Positions 18,375 to 26,783 of a DNA stretch of 35,137 bases are shown here, piece by piece; within the stretch, counting starts at the first letter, position 1; each line of letters begins with the position of its first letter. This DNA is from Candidatus Micrarchaeota archaeon (lineage in GTDB: Archaea; B1Sed10-29; JAJRYS01). The notes beneath the pieces are model-generated. The model was given only the letters and a program-made list of their open reading frames with translations. It ran no database searches and was not told the origin of the DNA. Where the stretch lies: positions 1 to 35,137 of the forward strand of contig CAZBZN010000004.1 in the NCBI GenBank assembly GCA_964496415.1, given 5' to 3'. Position numbers and translations under genes: made by a program.

Positions 18375-19146
18375 GATGGGAAGAATAATTGCAATAGCTT
18401 CAGGAAAAGGAGGGGTTGGAAAAACAACCCTGACAGCAAACTTGGGGCTTGCGATAGCAAAACTTGGGAAAAAAACAGTAATGGTTGACGCTGACCTTGA
18501 CATGGCTAATCTTGAACTAGTCTTAGGCATGGAAGGAAGACCAATAACACTGCAAGATGTTCTTTCAGGAGAAGCAGTGCTTGAAGACGCTACTTATGAA
18601 GTAATCCCGAACGGGTATTTTATTCCTGCAGGAATCTCACCCTCGCAATTCAAAAGAGTGGACCCTGAAAAACTATCATCCTTAATGAAAGAACTTGGCA
18701 AGAGCTTTGACTTTGTATTACTTGACGTTCCAGCTGGAATAGGAAGAGACGCGATAGCCTGCTTTTCAGCTTCAAAAGAAACAATCCTTATAGTAACCCC
18801 TGACCCTCTTAGCATAGCAGATGCTTATAAAACAAGCGTGGTTGCTTCAAAAATGGGTTCAGAACTAATAGGAATAATAATGAACTTTATCACTGGAAGT
18901 AAAAAAGAACTAAGTGAGAAAGACATTACTTCTATTCTTGACGCTCCAGTAATCGGTAAAATAAAGACTGATGAAAAAATAGCAGAAAGCGTGATAAAAG
19001 GAAAGCCAATAATAACAAATGATCCTGAAAGCGAGCCTGCTAAAGAAATAATGAAAATAGCTTCAAGATTAACTGGAATAGCTTATATAGAAGAAAAACA
19101 TAAAAAGTCACTGTTATCAAAACTTTTTGGATTTTTAAAGAGGTGA
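18367..19146 (+). CDS. minD: MinD-family ATPase (archaeal MinD)
   Basis: Deviant Walker A SGKGGVGKTT, DADLDMANL, LDVPAG, C-terminal amphipathic helix LLSKLFGFLKR. Confidence 0.93.
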   Translation: MSEMGRIIAIASGKGGVGKTTLTANLGLAIAKLGKKTVMVDADLDMANLELVLGMEGRPITLQDVLSGEAVLEDATYEVIPNGYFIPAGISPSQFKRVDPEKLSSLMKELGKSFDFVLLDVPAGIGRDAIACFSASKETILIVTPDPLSIADAYKTSVVASKMGSELIGIIMNFITGSKKELSEKDITSILDAPVIGKIKTDEKIAESVIKGKPIITNDPESEPAKEIMKIASRLTGIAYIEEKHKKSLLSKLFGFLKR

Positions 19147-19150
19147 AATC

Positions 19151-19375
19151 ATGGAAAAAATAACAAGACCTTTTGACTTACTAAACAACGCATTAGGACA
19201 GCAAGTGCTAGTGAGACTAAAAGGAAACAGGCAGTTAAGAGGAAAACTTTTAAGCTTTGACCAGCACATGAACCTTGTGCTTGAAGAAGCAGACGAGCTT
19301 GAAAATGACGAAGTAAAAGCAAGAATTGGAAAAGTAATAGTTAGAGGAGACAACATTTTATACGTTAGTCCTTAA
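19151..19375 (+). CDS. Sm-like archaeal protein (Lsm/SmAP1)
   Basis: RPFDLL, LRGKLLSFDQHMNLVLEEA (Sm1), VIVRGDNILYVSP (Sm2). Confidence 0.96.
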   Translation: MEKITRPFDLLNNALGQQVLVRLKGNRQLRGKLLSFDQHMNLVLEEADELENDEVKARIGKVIVRGDNILYVSP

Positions 19376-19403
19376 TGCTACTTTCCGGTAATTAAGTGAT
19401 GAA

Positions 19404-19634
19404 ATGATAAACTCTAAGCGTAGAGCAGCGTTTAGGAAAAAATCTGAAAAAGAAAAAGAAGAGATATTAAAGTGGGCTTTAAGTGAAGCAAAAAAGCTTT
19501 TGGAAGAAAGAAAATTTTCTAAAAGGCAGTTTTCTAATCTTTTAAAACAGATTGAAAAAGATCCTGATACAGCAGCACGTTTCATTAAAATGATAAAAAA
19601 AGACAAGGACGTTTCTTTAAAAGACTTTTTCTAA
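19404..19634 (+). CDS. Hypothetical small basic protein
   Basis: 76-aa ORF preceded by SD-like AAGTGA. Confidence 0.55.
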   Translation: MINSKRRAAFRKKSEKEKEEILKWALSEAKKLLEERKFSKRQFSNLLKQIEKDPDTAARFIKMIKKDKDVSLKDFF

Positions 19635-19668
19635 CCTAGTTAATTTATTAAATTTAAAAATAACCCAA

Positions 19669-19815
19669 CGGGTCCGAGGGGATTTTCTCCTGCAGGAGAA
19701 AAGCTCAGAGAGCTTAGCTCTCTGCAGATTTGAACCCCTGATCCACGGCTTAGGAGGCCGTTGCCCTATCTGCCCCAACTATTCTTATCAGTTGTCCAGA
19801 CTAGGCCACGGACCC
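19669..19815 (-). tRNA. tRNA-Arg(CCT) with two non-canonical introns (19770-19795 at 19/20; 19683-19728 at ~59/60)
   Basis: Removing both inserts gives GGGTCCG TG GCCT AGTCTGGATA GGGC A ACGGC CT CCT AA GCCGT GGATC AGGGG TTCAAAT CCCCT CGGACCC G. Confidence 0.9.
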
Positions 19816-19855
19816 GTCAGCGTATGTTTTTTAAACAAAAACTATTATAAAACTA

Positions 19856-19928
19856 TTAAGTGCAGATGATTAAGTGTACAACCAATGAGCATCTGCGATG
19901 ATTTGAAAAACCCTTATGATGCACTTAA
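19856..19928 (+). ncRNA. Candidate C/D-box guide sRNA with variant boxes
   Basis: 9-bp terminal stem TTAAGTGCA/TGCACTTAA; C ATGATTA 19866-72, D' ATGA 19885-88, C' ATGATTT 19898-904, D ATGA 19916-19; 12- and 11-nt spacers. Confidence 0.65.
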
Positions 19929-19932
19929 AGAT

Positions 19933-20670
19933 TTAAAACAGTTTCTTCACATTTTTTGCAAAATAAGGTGATTTTATCCAGGCACCCATTTCTTTTTTAG
20001 AGTTTTCAGGAGTCAGGAAAAAAAGCACGTGATCATCAGCAATAACCATCCTCTGTTCATTATCTTTTGGAATAAACTCAGCAAACTCTGAAGCTATTTT
20101 TGAATAACGAGGGTCATGAGGAGCTATTATTTTAATGTCAACGCCTCTTTCCCTTGCTTTCTTTAAAGCATCCCCATAGTTCTCAAGCTTTTCTCTCAAA
20201 CCATCCTTAGAAGTAGCTATTATTATACTTTCATTAGCATTGTTAATCAAAGTCTCTATTTTTGAATACAAGTGCTTTTTATTCTGCAGCACCCAAACCA
20301 TTTCTTCGTTATCATCATCGCCATTAACCTTCTTTATCTTTTCTTTTACCTTGTCTTTTATTCTCTTCATTTCTTTCAATTCTTTTTCAAATTCTTCTCT
20401 TTTCTTCTGCTCATAAGTTGAAAAAGCCTCATCTAAGTCAACTGCCAAAAACTTCACAGGCCTCCCAGGTTGTTTTGTAACAAAACCTTTCTTTTCAAGC
20501 TTTTCAAGCACGTCATAACTTCTAGGCCTTGGAATGCCAGCAGCACTACTTACCATGCTTGCAGAAGCAGGGCCATGACCAGCTAAAAAAGCATAAGCTT
20601 TAGCTTCATACTGGTTAAAACCAAGATTCCTAAGCATTGAGATTATTTCTTTTTCCATACTTTTTCTCAT
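19933..20670 (-). CDS. TrmB-family transcriptional regulator
   Basis: LGFNQYEAKAY, AGIPRPRSYDVLEKLEKKGFV, GRPVKF; C-terminal PLD-like domain (ARERGVDIKII). Confidence 0.92.
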   Translation of the reverse strand: MRKSMEKEIISMLRNLGFNQYEAKAYAFLAGHGPASASMVSSAAGIPRPRSYDVLEKLEKKGFVTKQPGRPVKFLAVDLDEAFSTYEQKKREEFEKELKEMKRIKDKVKEKIKKVNGDDDNEEMVWVLQNKKHLYSKIETLINNANESIIIATSKDGLREKLENYGDALKKARERGVDIKIIAPHDPRYSKIASEFAEFIPKDNEQRMVIADDHVLFFLTPENSKKEMGAWIKSPYFAKNVKKLF

Positions 20671-20749
20671 AAAACATTACCTATTTATAAACTTTTGAGT
20701 TCCTAATCAAGCCAAATCCTGGGTTTTATTATAAACCAAAAAGTATTTA

Positions 20750-20780
20750 AATGTTGTCACTCATTAATAGTAACATCATT
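20750..20780. promoter_or_regulatory. Imperfect inverted repeat AATGTTGTCACT-N7-AGTAACATCATT, candidate operator
   Basis: 10/12 symmetric positions; between TATA-like TATTTAAA and the SD of the surface-protein gene. Confidence 0.35.
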
Positions 20781-20797
20781 AAGGAGGGGAATGAAAG

Positions 20798-21988
20798 ATG
20801 AAAGCAGCAAAATACCTGATCTTAGGAACCCTATTAATAGGCCTGGCAATGGCTTTAAGCATAACAGCAGAAAACCCACTTCAAACTGTTGAAAAAGGAA
20901 AAGTAGCTGACTTCAAAATCCAAATAACAAATACTGAAGCAGACCAACAAAACATACTATTATCAGCAGAATCAGACTTGCCAGTATCACTGTCAGAAGA
21001 AGTAATAAGCTTGGCAAGTGGAGAAACAAAGATAGTGCATTTATTCGCAGTGACAGAAAATGCAGAACAAGGACTGCATTTGATAAAGTTTAACGCTAAC
21101 GGGCAAATTGAAAACCTTGCAGTTAATGTTGAAGAAGGAAATGGAATTCTTGAAATAAACTCAATATATGACAAGATAAAAGTACTGCAAGGAGAAACCC
21201 AAGAGTTAAAGTTCTTGATAAGAAACAATGGAGATGAAAAACTAAGAAACATAGTGATAAGTGGAGACATTCCTGAAAGTCTTTCACCACAATACCCTGA
21301 AACCTTTAACCTTGATGCAAAAGCAGTAAAAGAAATAAGCATAAAAATCAATGTTCCAAAAGACTACCCAACAGGAGAATATGATGTTAGGGTCTTTGCA
21401 GGAAGCGGAAACACAATCACAAAAGCAGAAACCACAATAGAGGTTGAAGGAAGAAAAAGCCTTAAAGACGCTTTAGACATTCAAATAATGCTTCCATGGG
21501 AGCCAGTGAAAGAAAATGGAAAAGTAATAGGATACAAGATAACTGCAAAAGTAAGGAACAGGCTGATCTCAGACCTCAGCAATGTTGAATGGAAGTTTGA
21601 AGGAATGCCAGAAACCTGGGAAGTATCAGGAAACGAACCATTCACCATAAAAGGCTATGAGACAAAATACGTTGAACTAACAATAATCCCAGACTCTTTT
21701 GCTGAAAAACAAGTAAACATCACCCTTGAAAAAGACGGAGAAGTCATAACAAGCCAAACAATAACCTTCGCAGGATACAAAGTAGGAGCACCAACAGGCT
21801 TAGTAATAGCAGGAGGGTCAACACTTATCGGAGCAGTAGTTGTAATAGCCTTAATAATAGCATTGCTCTACGTTAGGGCAAAAAACGCTGAAAAAGACCA
21901 AAAAGAAATTGAAGAAACAAAAACTTATCTTGAGAAAATAGTGAGTAAGATTTCAGGAGAAGCCAAGTCAAAAACCAAGAAAAAATAA
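20798..21988 (+). CDS. Secreted, C-terminally anchored surface protein with Ig-like (NEW3/CARDB-like) repeats
   Basis: Signal peptide; three beta-rich repeats (IQITNT, LIRNNGD, KVRNR; VPKDYPTGEY); TM helix plus charged tail; SD AGGAGG. Confidence 0.75.
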   Translation: MKAAKYLILGTLLIGLAMALSITAENPLQTVEKGKVADFKIQITNTEADQQNILLSAESDLPVSLSEEVISLASGETKIVHLFAVTENAEQGLHLIKFNANGQIENLAVNVEEGNGILEINSIYDKIKVLQGETQELKFLIRNNGDEKLRNIVISGDIPESLSPQYPETFNLDAKAVKEISIKINVPKDYPTGEYDVRVFAGSGNTITKAETTIEVEGRKSLKDALDIQIMLPWEPVKENGKVIGYKITAKVRNRLISDLSNVEWKFEGMPETWEVSGNEPFTIKGYETKYVELTIIPDSFAEKQVNITLEKDGEVITSQTITFAGYKVGAPTGLVIAGGSTLIGAVVVIALIIALLYVRAKNAEKDQKEIEETKTYLEKIVSKISGEAKSKTKKK

Positions 21989-22099
21989 AACTCCCCCTCC
22001 TCTCTTTTTTAATATTTTTAAGGAGGGCTAATTTTCAAACGCCAGCTCGTAGGCTTTAAATACTCTTTCTGGTTTTATAATCACTGGTGACGGTGACGC

Positions 22100-23077
22100 A
22101 TGAGACTATCCTATCAAAAAGGAATACTATTAAAGGAAAAAAACTTGAAGTTGTTCCTTGACCCGCAAGTAAAAATTAAACAAGAGGCAATCATAGGCAT
22201 AAGCCACGCTCACTCAGACCATTTAAAACCTCATGACACGGAAAGCTTTTCAACTCCTCAGACAAAACAGCTTTCAAAAGGAAAAATAAAAAAAGAAATA
22301 GAATACGGTAAAATTATAAACTTGAACGGGTGGGAGATAAGCCTTCATGACTCAAACCATATCCTTGGCTCTGCGCAATTCCTAATAAAATCGAAAGAAA
22401 CAAGCATAGCTTACACCGGAGACTTTAGGCTAAATGAAAGCGTGTTTGACTCAGAGTGCGAATTACTTGAAGCAGACTACTTAATAATAGAATCAACCTA
22501 TGGACTGCCTGGAATAAAATTCCCTGAGCAAAAAACTGTTGAAGAAGAAATAAAAAACTGGGTGAAAAACAATCAAAAAAATGACATTCTCTCTCTAATA
22601 GGCGCTTATTCTCTTGGAAAATCACAAGAAATAATAAAAATTTTAAACCAGGAAGGAATAGTCCCTTCTGTTCACCCAAAAATAGCTGAATACTGCAAAA
22701 TTTACGAGCAAAATGGAATAAAACTTAAGTACTCCTGCTCTAAAACAGAACCATTAAATGACGTGGTAATAATCCCTCCTCACCTAATAAATAAAGTGCT
22801 TATAAGAAGCATTGAACAAGTCACTAAAAAGAAAACAAAAGCAAGCATGGTAACTGGCTGGGGAGCAATGTATGACTTTAAAACCAAAGGAATAGAAAAA
22901 ACTTTCATCCTTTCAGACCATGCGGACTTCTACCAAATCATTGAGTACATAAAAGCAACTAAGCCAAAAAAGGTCTTCACAGTCCACGGGTACTCTGAAG
23001 AACTAGCAGAATACCTTAATAGAAGAATCGTCAAAGCAAAGCCCTTGCATCATTTTTATAAACCAATTATTCTTTAA
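22100..23077 (+). CDS. Metallo-beta-lactamase/beta-CASP nuclease
   Basis: SHAHSDH, HILGSAQ, YTGDF, IIESTYG, YSLGKSQE, SDHADF, VHG. Confidence 0.9.
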   Translation: MRLSYQKGILLKEKNLKLFLDPQVKIKQEAIIGISHAHSDHLKPHDTESFSTPQTKQLSKGKIKKEIEYGKIINLNGWEISLHDSNHILGSAQFLIKSKETSIAYTGDFRLNESVFDSECELLEADYLIIESTYGLPGIKFPEQKTVEEEIKNWVKNNQKNDILSLIGAYSLGKSQEIIKILNQEGIVPSVHPKIAEYCKIYEQNGIKLKYSCSKTEPLNDVVIIPPHLINKVLIRSIEQVTKKKTKASMVTGWGAMYDFKTKGIEKTFILSDHADFYQIIEYIKATKPKKVFTVHGYSEELAEYLNRRIVKAKPLHHFYKPIIL

Positions 23078-23085
23078 AACAACGC

Positions 23086-23766
23086 ATGAGAATACCTACA
23101 GGAGTACCAGGGTTTGATAAGATAATAGGCGGGGGACTGCCAGAAGCATCAGTAACACTACTTTATGGTCCTCCTGGAAGCGGAAAAAGCACTTTCACCT
23201 TGAACTTAATAAGCAACGCGTTAGATAAAAAGAAAAAAGTCATATTCATAAACACTTACGAACCAGCATCCGCGGTAAGGAAAAAAATGAAACTCTATAA
23301 TTTTACTGTAAATGACAACCTTATTTTTATAAATGCTTACCCCTTCCTGAAATGTGAAGAAAAATACTTCATAACAAACCTCTCAAACTTAAACGAGTTA
23401 AACCTTCAAATAAAAAAAGCAGTAGAAGACACTAAATTCAAAAAAGGATTGTTCGTGATAGACAGCGTGTCAGACTTCTTACTATACAATGATGAAAAAG
23501 AAGTTTATAAGTTCCTGCAAATCACAAGGGGAAAAATAATAGCTTTAGACTCTGTAGGGTTATTCGTGTTAGAAGAAGGAATGCATAAAGAAAACCAGTT
23601 TTCAACCATCAACTATCTCACAGATGCTACAATAAGAATGGAGATTTCAAAAGCAAAAAGGTATTTAAAAATTGAAAGAATGCATAATACCAAACACCCT
23701 TTAGAATGGATTGAATTTAACATCGCCCCTGATGCAAAAATAACTGTAAGGGAGTTTTTCAAATGA
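23086..23766 (+). CDS. Single-domain KaiC/RAD55-like RecA-superfamily ATPase
   Basis: RIPTGVPGFDKIIGGGLP, GPPGSGKST, VIDSVS, RYLKIERMHNTKH. Confidence 0.9.
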   Translation: MRIPTGVPGFDKIIGGGLPEASVTLLYGPPGSGKSTFTLNLISNALDKKKKVIFINTYEPASAVRKKMKLYNFTVNDNLIFINAYPFLKCEEKYFITNLSNLNELNLQIKKAVEDTKFKKGLFVIDSVSDFLLYNDEKEVYKFLQITRGKIIALDSVGLFVLEEGMHKENQFSTINYLTDATIRMEISKAKRYLKIERMHNTKHPLEWIEFNIAPDAKITVREFFK

Positions 23767-24125
23767 TAAAACAAAACCTTGGAAAAATACTGTTAGCTGG
23801 AAACATCATCGCGTTCTTGCTATTATTCGGAAGCCTCTTCACTAAAAAAATAACAATTGACCTACAAGTCCTCATCTTAGTAGAAATTCTTTTATGCTTA
23901 AACGCGTTTGCATTACTTTACTACGTGATAAAAACTTATCTTTACTTTAAAGAAAAAGACATCTTAGTAGGCACGGTTGGATTTGTTTTGATAGCTACTG
24001 GTTACTTCTTCACAGCATTACTTCAAGCTACAAACCTGATAACCATACAATCAGAAGCAGCAATAAACATGATTATAACCATAGGATACTTATTCATAAC
24101 AATAGCAGTAGGGTGGATTAAATGA
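23763..24125 (+). CDS. Hypothetical membrane protein (~4 TM)
   Basis: Hydrophobic 120 aa; ATGA overlap with the ATPase gene. Confidence 0.7.
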   Translation: MIKQNLGKILLAGNIIAFLLLFGSLFTKKITIDLQVLILVEILLCLNAFALLYYVIKTYLYFKEKDILVGTVGFVLIATGYFFTALLQATNLITIQSEAAINMIITIGYLFITIAVGWIK

Positions 24126-24421
24126 TAAGAGAAGTACTCTCATATTACTTCATAACAAGCGTGGTAAGCTTTTCAGTATTCCTAACAACAGCAATAATCT
24201 TATACAAGAAGTACTTGAAGAAAAACTTAAACTTGATAAAATGGGCTGCTGTTGCTTTCTTCTTCTTAGCATTACAAGAAATAGTAGTCATTTACTGGCT
24301 TGTTGATTCCTTAACCACTGGATATTTAATAAGCTTAAGACCATGGCATCTTCAAGTTATAGCATTATTCTTCTCCTTCAACCTTTTAGGACTTTCAATG
24401 ATTGGAAAAATAGAGGATTGA
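24122..24421 (+). CDS. Hypothetical membrane protein (~3 TM)
   Basis: Hydrophobic 99 aa; ATGA overlap with the previous gene. Confidence 0.7.
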   Translation: MIREVLSYYFITSVVSFSVFLTTAIILYKKYLKKNLNLIKWAAVAFFFLALQEIVVIYWLVDSLTTGYLISLRPWHLQVIALFFSFNLLGLSMIGKIED

Positions 24422-24424
24422 AAA

Positions 24425-25333
24425 ATGAAGTATGATTTTGAATTAGAAAAGATAATAAAAGAAGTTAAAAAAAGAAAAGCAAAGAAACTCCTTCTTCAAT
24501 TCCCAGAAGGCCTGAAACAAGAAGCAAGAAAAATAATGGACGCTCTGAAAAAAACAGGAGCAGAAGTATGCCTCTCAGCAGAACATTGCTACGGCGCATG
24601 TGACATCATAACTCTCCCAGGGTTCTTAACAATACACTTTGGTCATACAAAAATGCTTGAAAACAAAAACGTAATTTACATAGAAGTAAAAGCAAAAGTA
24701 AGCTTGAAAAAAGTTGTGAAAAAAGCAGCTCCATTACTTGGGAAAAAACCAGCAGTAGTAACTACAGCACAGCATCTTCATAAGCTAAAAGAAGCAGTAG
24801 AAGAACTAAAAAAAGCAGGAAAAAAACCAGTAATAGGAAAAGGTAAAAGAACAACTTATGCTGGGCAAGTGTTAGGATGCGATGTTGGAGCTGTTACTAG
24901 TTTGAAAAACTATGATTCAATTCTTTTCATAGGCTCAGGGGAATTCCACCCACTCATCATATCTCTTGTTACTGGAAAAGAAGTAGTTCAAGCAAACCCT
25001 TATTCCAACGAAGTAAGGGTAATATCTGGGAAAAAGCTTGAAAAAGAAAAATGGATGAGGATAAGCAAGGCATTAAACTCAAAAACTTTTGGAATAATAG
25101 TAAGCTTAAAGCCAGGGCAAAAAGACTTCAAAACAGCAAGGAAGTTAAGCAAAGAAAAAAACACATACTTAATAATATTAAATGAAGTGACTCCTGAAAA
25201 AATAGACTACCTTCCATTTGACGCGTTCGTTGTAACAGCTTGTCCAAGAATAGTAATTGACGACTGGAAGAACTACAAAAAGCCAATACTGCTGCCAGAA
25301 GAATTTCAAGAACTAAAAAAACTAAAAACTTAA
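24425..25333 (+). CDS. dph2: Diphthamide biosynthesis enzyme Dph2
   Basis: LQFPEGLK, CYGACD, HFGH, GQVLGCD, GSGEFH, KPGQ, TACPRIVIDD (three Fe-S cysteines). Confidence 0.96.
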   Translation: MKYDFELEKIIKEVKKRKAKKLLLQFPEGLKQEARKIMDALKKTGAEVCLSAEHCYGACDIITLPGFLTIHFGHTKMLENKNVIYIEVKAKVSLKKVVKKAAPLLGKKPAVVTTAQHLHKLKEAVEELKKAGKKPVIGKGKRTTYAGQVLGCDVGAVTSLKNYDSILFIGSGEFHPLIISLVTGKEVVQANPYSNEVRVISGKKLEKEKWMRISKALNSKTFGIIVSLKPGQKDFKTARKLSKEKNTYLIILNEVTPEKIDYLPFDAFVVTACPRIVIDDWKNYKKPILLPEEFQELKKLKT

Positions 25334-25521
25334 ACAACAGCCACGTCAATAGTCTCGCCATTATAAGTAATAGAAGCGCGTTTCCCATCTTCTGAAATGA
25401 CAACTTCTGCTCCTAAAATCTCCTTAAAAAGCTGCAAGTCCTCCATGGTAGCTTTCTTGTACTTTTCAGCATAATAAAGCTTAGAACTTGCTATAGCCCT
25501 GTCAAAACTACCGTACTTCAT
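25330..25521 (-). CDS. Hypothetical small protein
   Basis: 63-aa ORF filling the gap with protein-like composition; upstream TATA-like sequence. Confidence 0.55.
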   Translation of the reverse strand: MKYGSFDRAIASSKLYYAEKYKKATMEDLQLFKEILGAEVVISEDGKRASITYNGETIDVAVV

Positions 25522-25576
25522 GATTTATTATAAAACAAACCAAGTTTTTAAAAGTTTACAGTCAAAAAATACTATT

Positions 25577-26026
25577 ATGAGAAAAAGACTTCTAATTCAA
25601 AAGAAAAAGAAATCTTCTTTGCTAATGGCAAAAGGAGAAAAACTAATAGTGAAAAAAGAAAACTTTGGACCTAATAACTTAATCGTAAAAATAAAAGACC
25701 CTGCCACAGGCAAACCAGTAGGAGTAACTCACCTTGTAATAGAAGAAAACAAAGCAGAAATAGTTGATTTGATAGTAGCTGAAAAATTTAGAAGAACAGG
25801 TTTGGGAGAATTTCTTCTTTCAAAGGCAATCACTGAAGCTGCTGAAAAAGGAGTAAATGAAATAAGTCTCTGGGTGTCTTCAAAAGAAGCAGATAGAGAA
25901 GCAGCCCTAAACCTCTACAGGAAGATGGGATTCAAACCAACACGCGTTGACCAGAACAGGTTAGTTCTTAAAAATCCAAAACCAAAACACAAGAAAATAA
26001 AGAAAAGATTAAACTATGAATCATGA
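25577..26026 (+). CDS. GNAT-family N-acetyltransferase
   Basis: LIVAEKFRRTGLGEFLL (motif A), AALNLYRKMGF (motif B); ATG 25577 preferred over 25520. Confidence 0.85.
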   Translation: MRKRLLIQKKKKSSLLMAKGEKLIVKKENFGPNNLIVKIKDPATGKPVGVTHLVIEENKAEIVDLIVAEKFRRTGLGEFLLSKAITEAAEKGVNEISLWVSSKEADREAALNLYRKMGFKPTRVDQNRLVLKNPKPKHKKIKKRLNYES

Positions 26027-26701
26027 TTTTATTACTGTTCCCGAATGCTCTTGGCCTAGAATTGCTTTCCTAACTTCATCCAAATCAAAACCATCAACAA
26101 CATGTGCTTCTATCTTGCTTCTTGCAAGAATCTTTGCAGCAAGCAAGTCAATAACAAAGTTCTGTCCTGGGTTTCTTTTATCATTTTCTTCTGCAAGAGC
26201 AAGCAATTGCTCATGAGTTAAATAATTGAACTTCTTAGCATCGTTATAGATGAAAGGATCCTTGTCATACACTCCATCAACATTGGTTAGATTGACCCAC
26301 CTGTCAGCTTCTACTTTTTCAGCAAATAACGCACTTGTAGTGTCACTTGTCTGGCCAGGGGAAGTTACTCCTAATACTATTAATGCTTTTTCATGGCTTA
26401 AAAAGTACTTTGCTGCTTCATCATAATCTTCAAAATAAACAGAAGAAGGCAATGCAGCGCTGACTATTCTTGAATTTGCCTTAACTAACTGCATCATTAT
26501 CTCGTCAAGTTCAAAATTATTAGCACCAAGTAATTTTCCTTTCTCATAATACTCTCTTGCAATCCTACCCCCGCCAACAGAAAGACCAATCCTTCCTTGA
26601 ACTCCTTCAATCAGATTCCTAAAATTCTTTAAGTATTCTACGTTAATCCCTACTCCCTGCTGGTAAACTAAGGAACCACCCAAAGATAAAACAACCTTCA
26701 T
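26021..26701 (-). CDS. pyrH: UMP kinase (archaeal type)
   Basis: VVLSLGGS, VGGGRIAREY, PGQTSDTTSA, TNVDGVYDKDP, GTVI. Confidence 0.93.
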   Translation of the reverse strand: MKVVLSLGGSLVYQQGVGINVEYLKNFRNLIEGVQGRIGLSVGGGRIAREYYEKGKLLGANNFELDEIMMQLVKANSRIVSAALPSSVYFEDYDEAAKYFLSHEKALIVLGVTSPGQTSDTTSALFAEKVEADRWVNLTNVDGVYDKDPFIYNDAKKFNYLTHEQLLALAEENDKRNPGQNFVIDLLAAKILARSKIEAHVVDGFDLDEVRKAILGQEHSGTVIKS

Positions 26702-26783
26702 CAAAAACCCCTTGGTTTAAATATAATCCTGCTGATAATTAAAAACCACGACAGTATAAAAAAATACTTGTTCTGTGAGTCAA

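Noticed and set aside
22078..22097. ATCACTGGTGACGGTGAC as a TrmB TGM-like site
   Set aside because: Spacing does not fit TATCAC-N5-GTGATA; explained by the GGTGA Shine-Dalgarno
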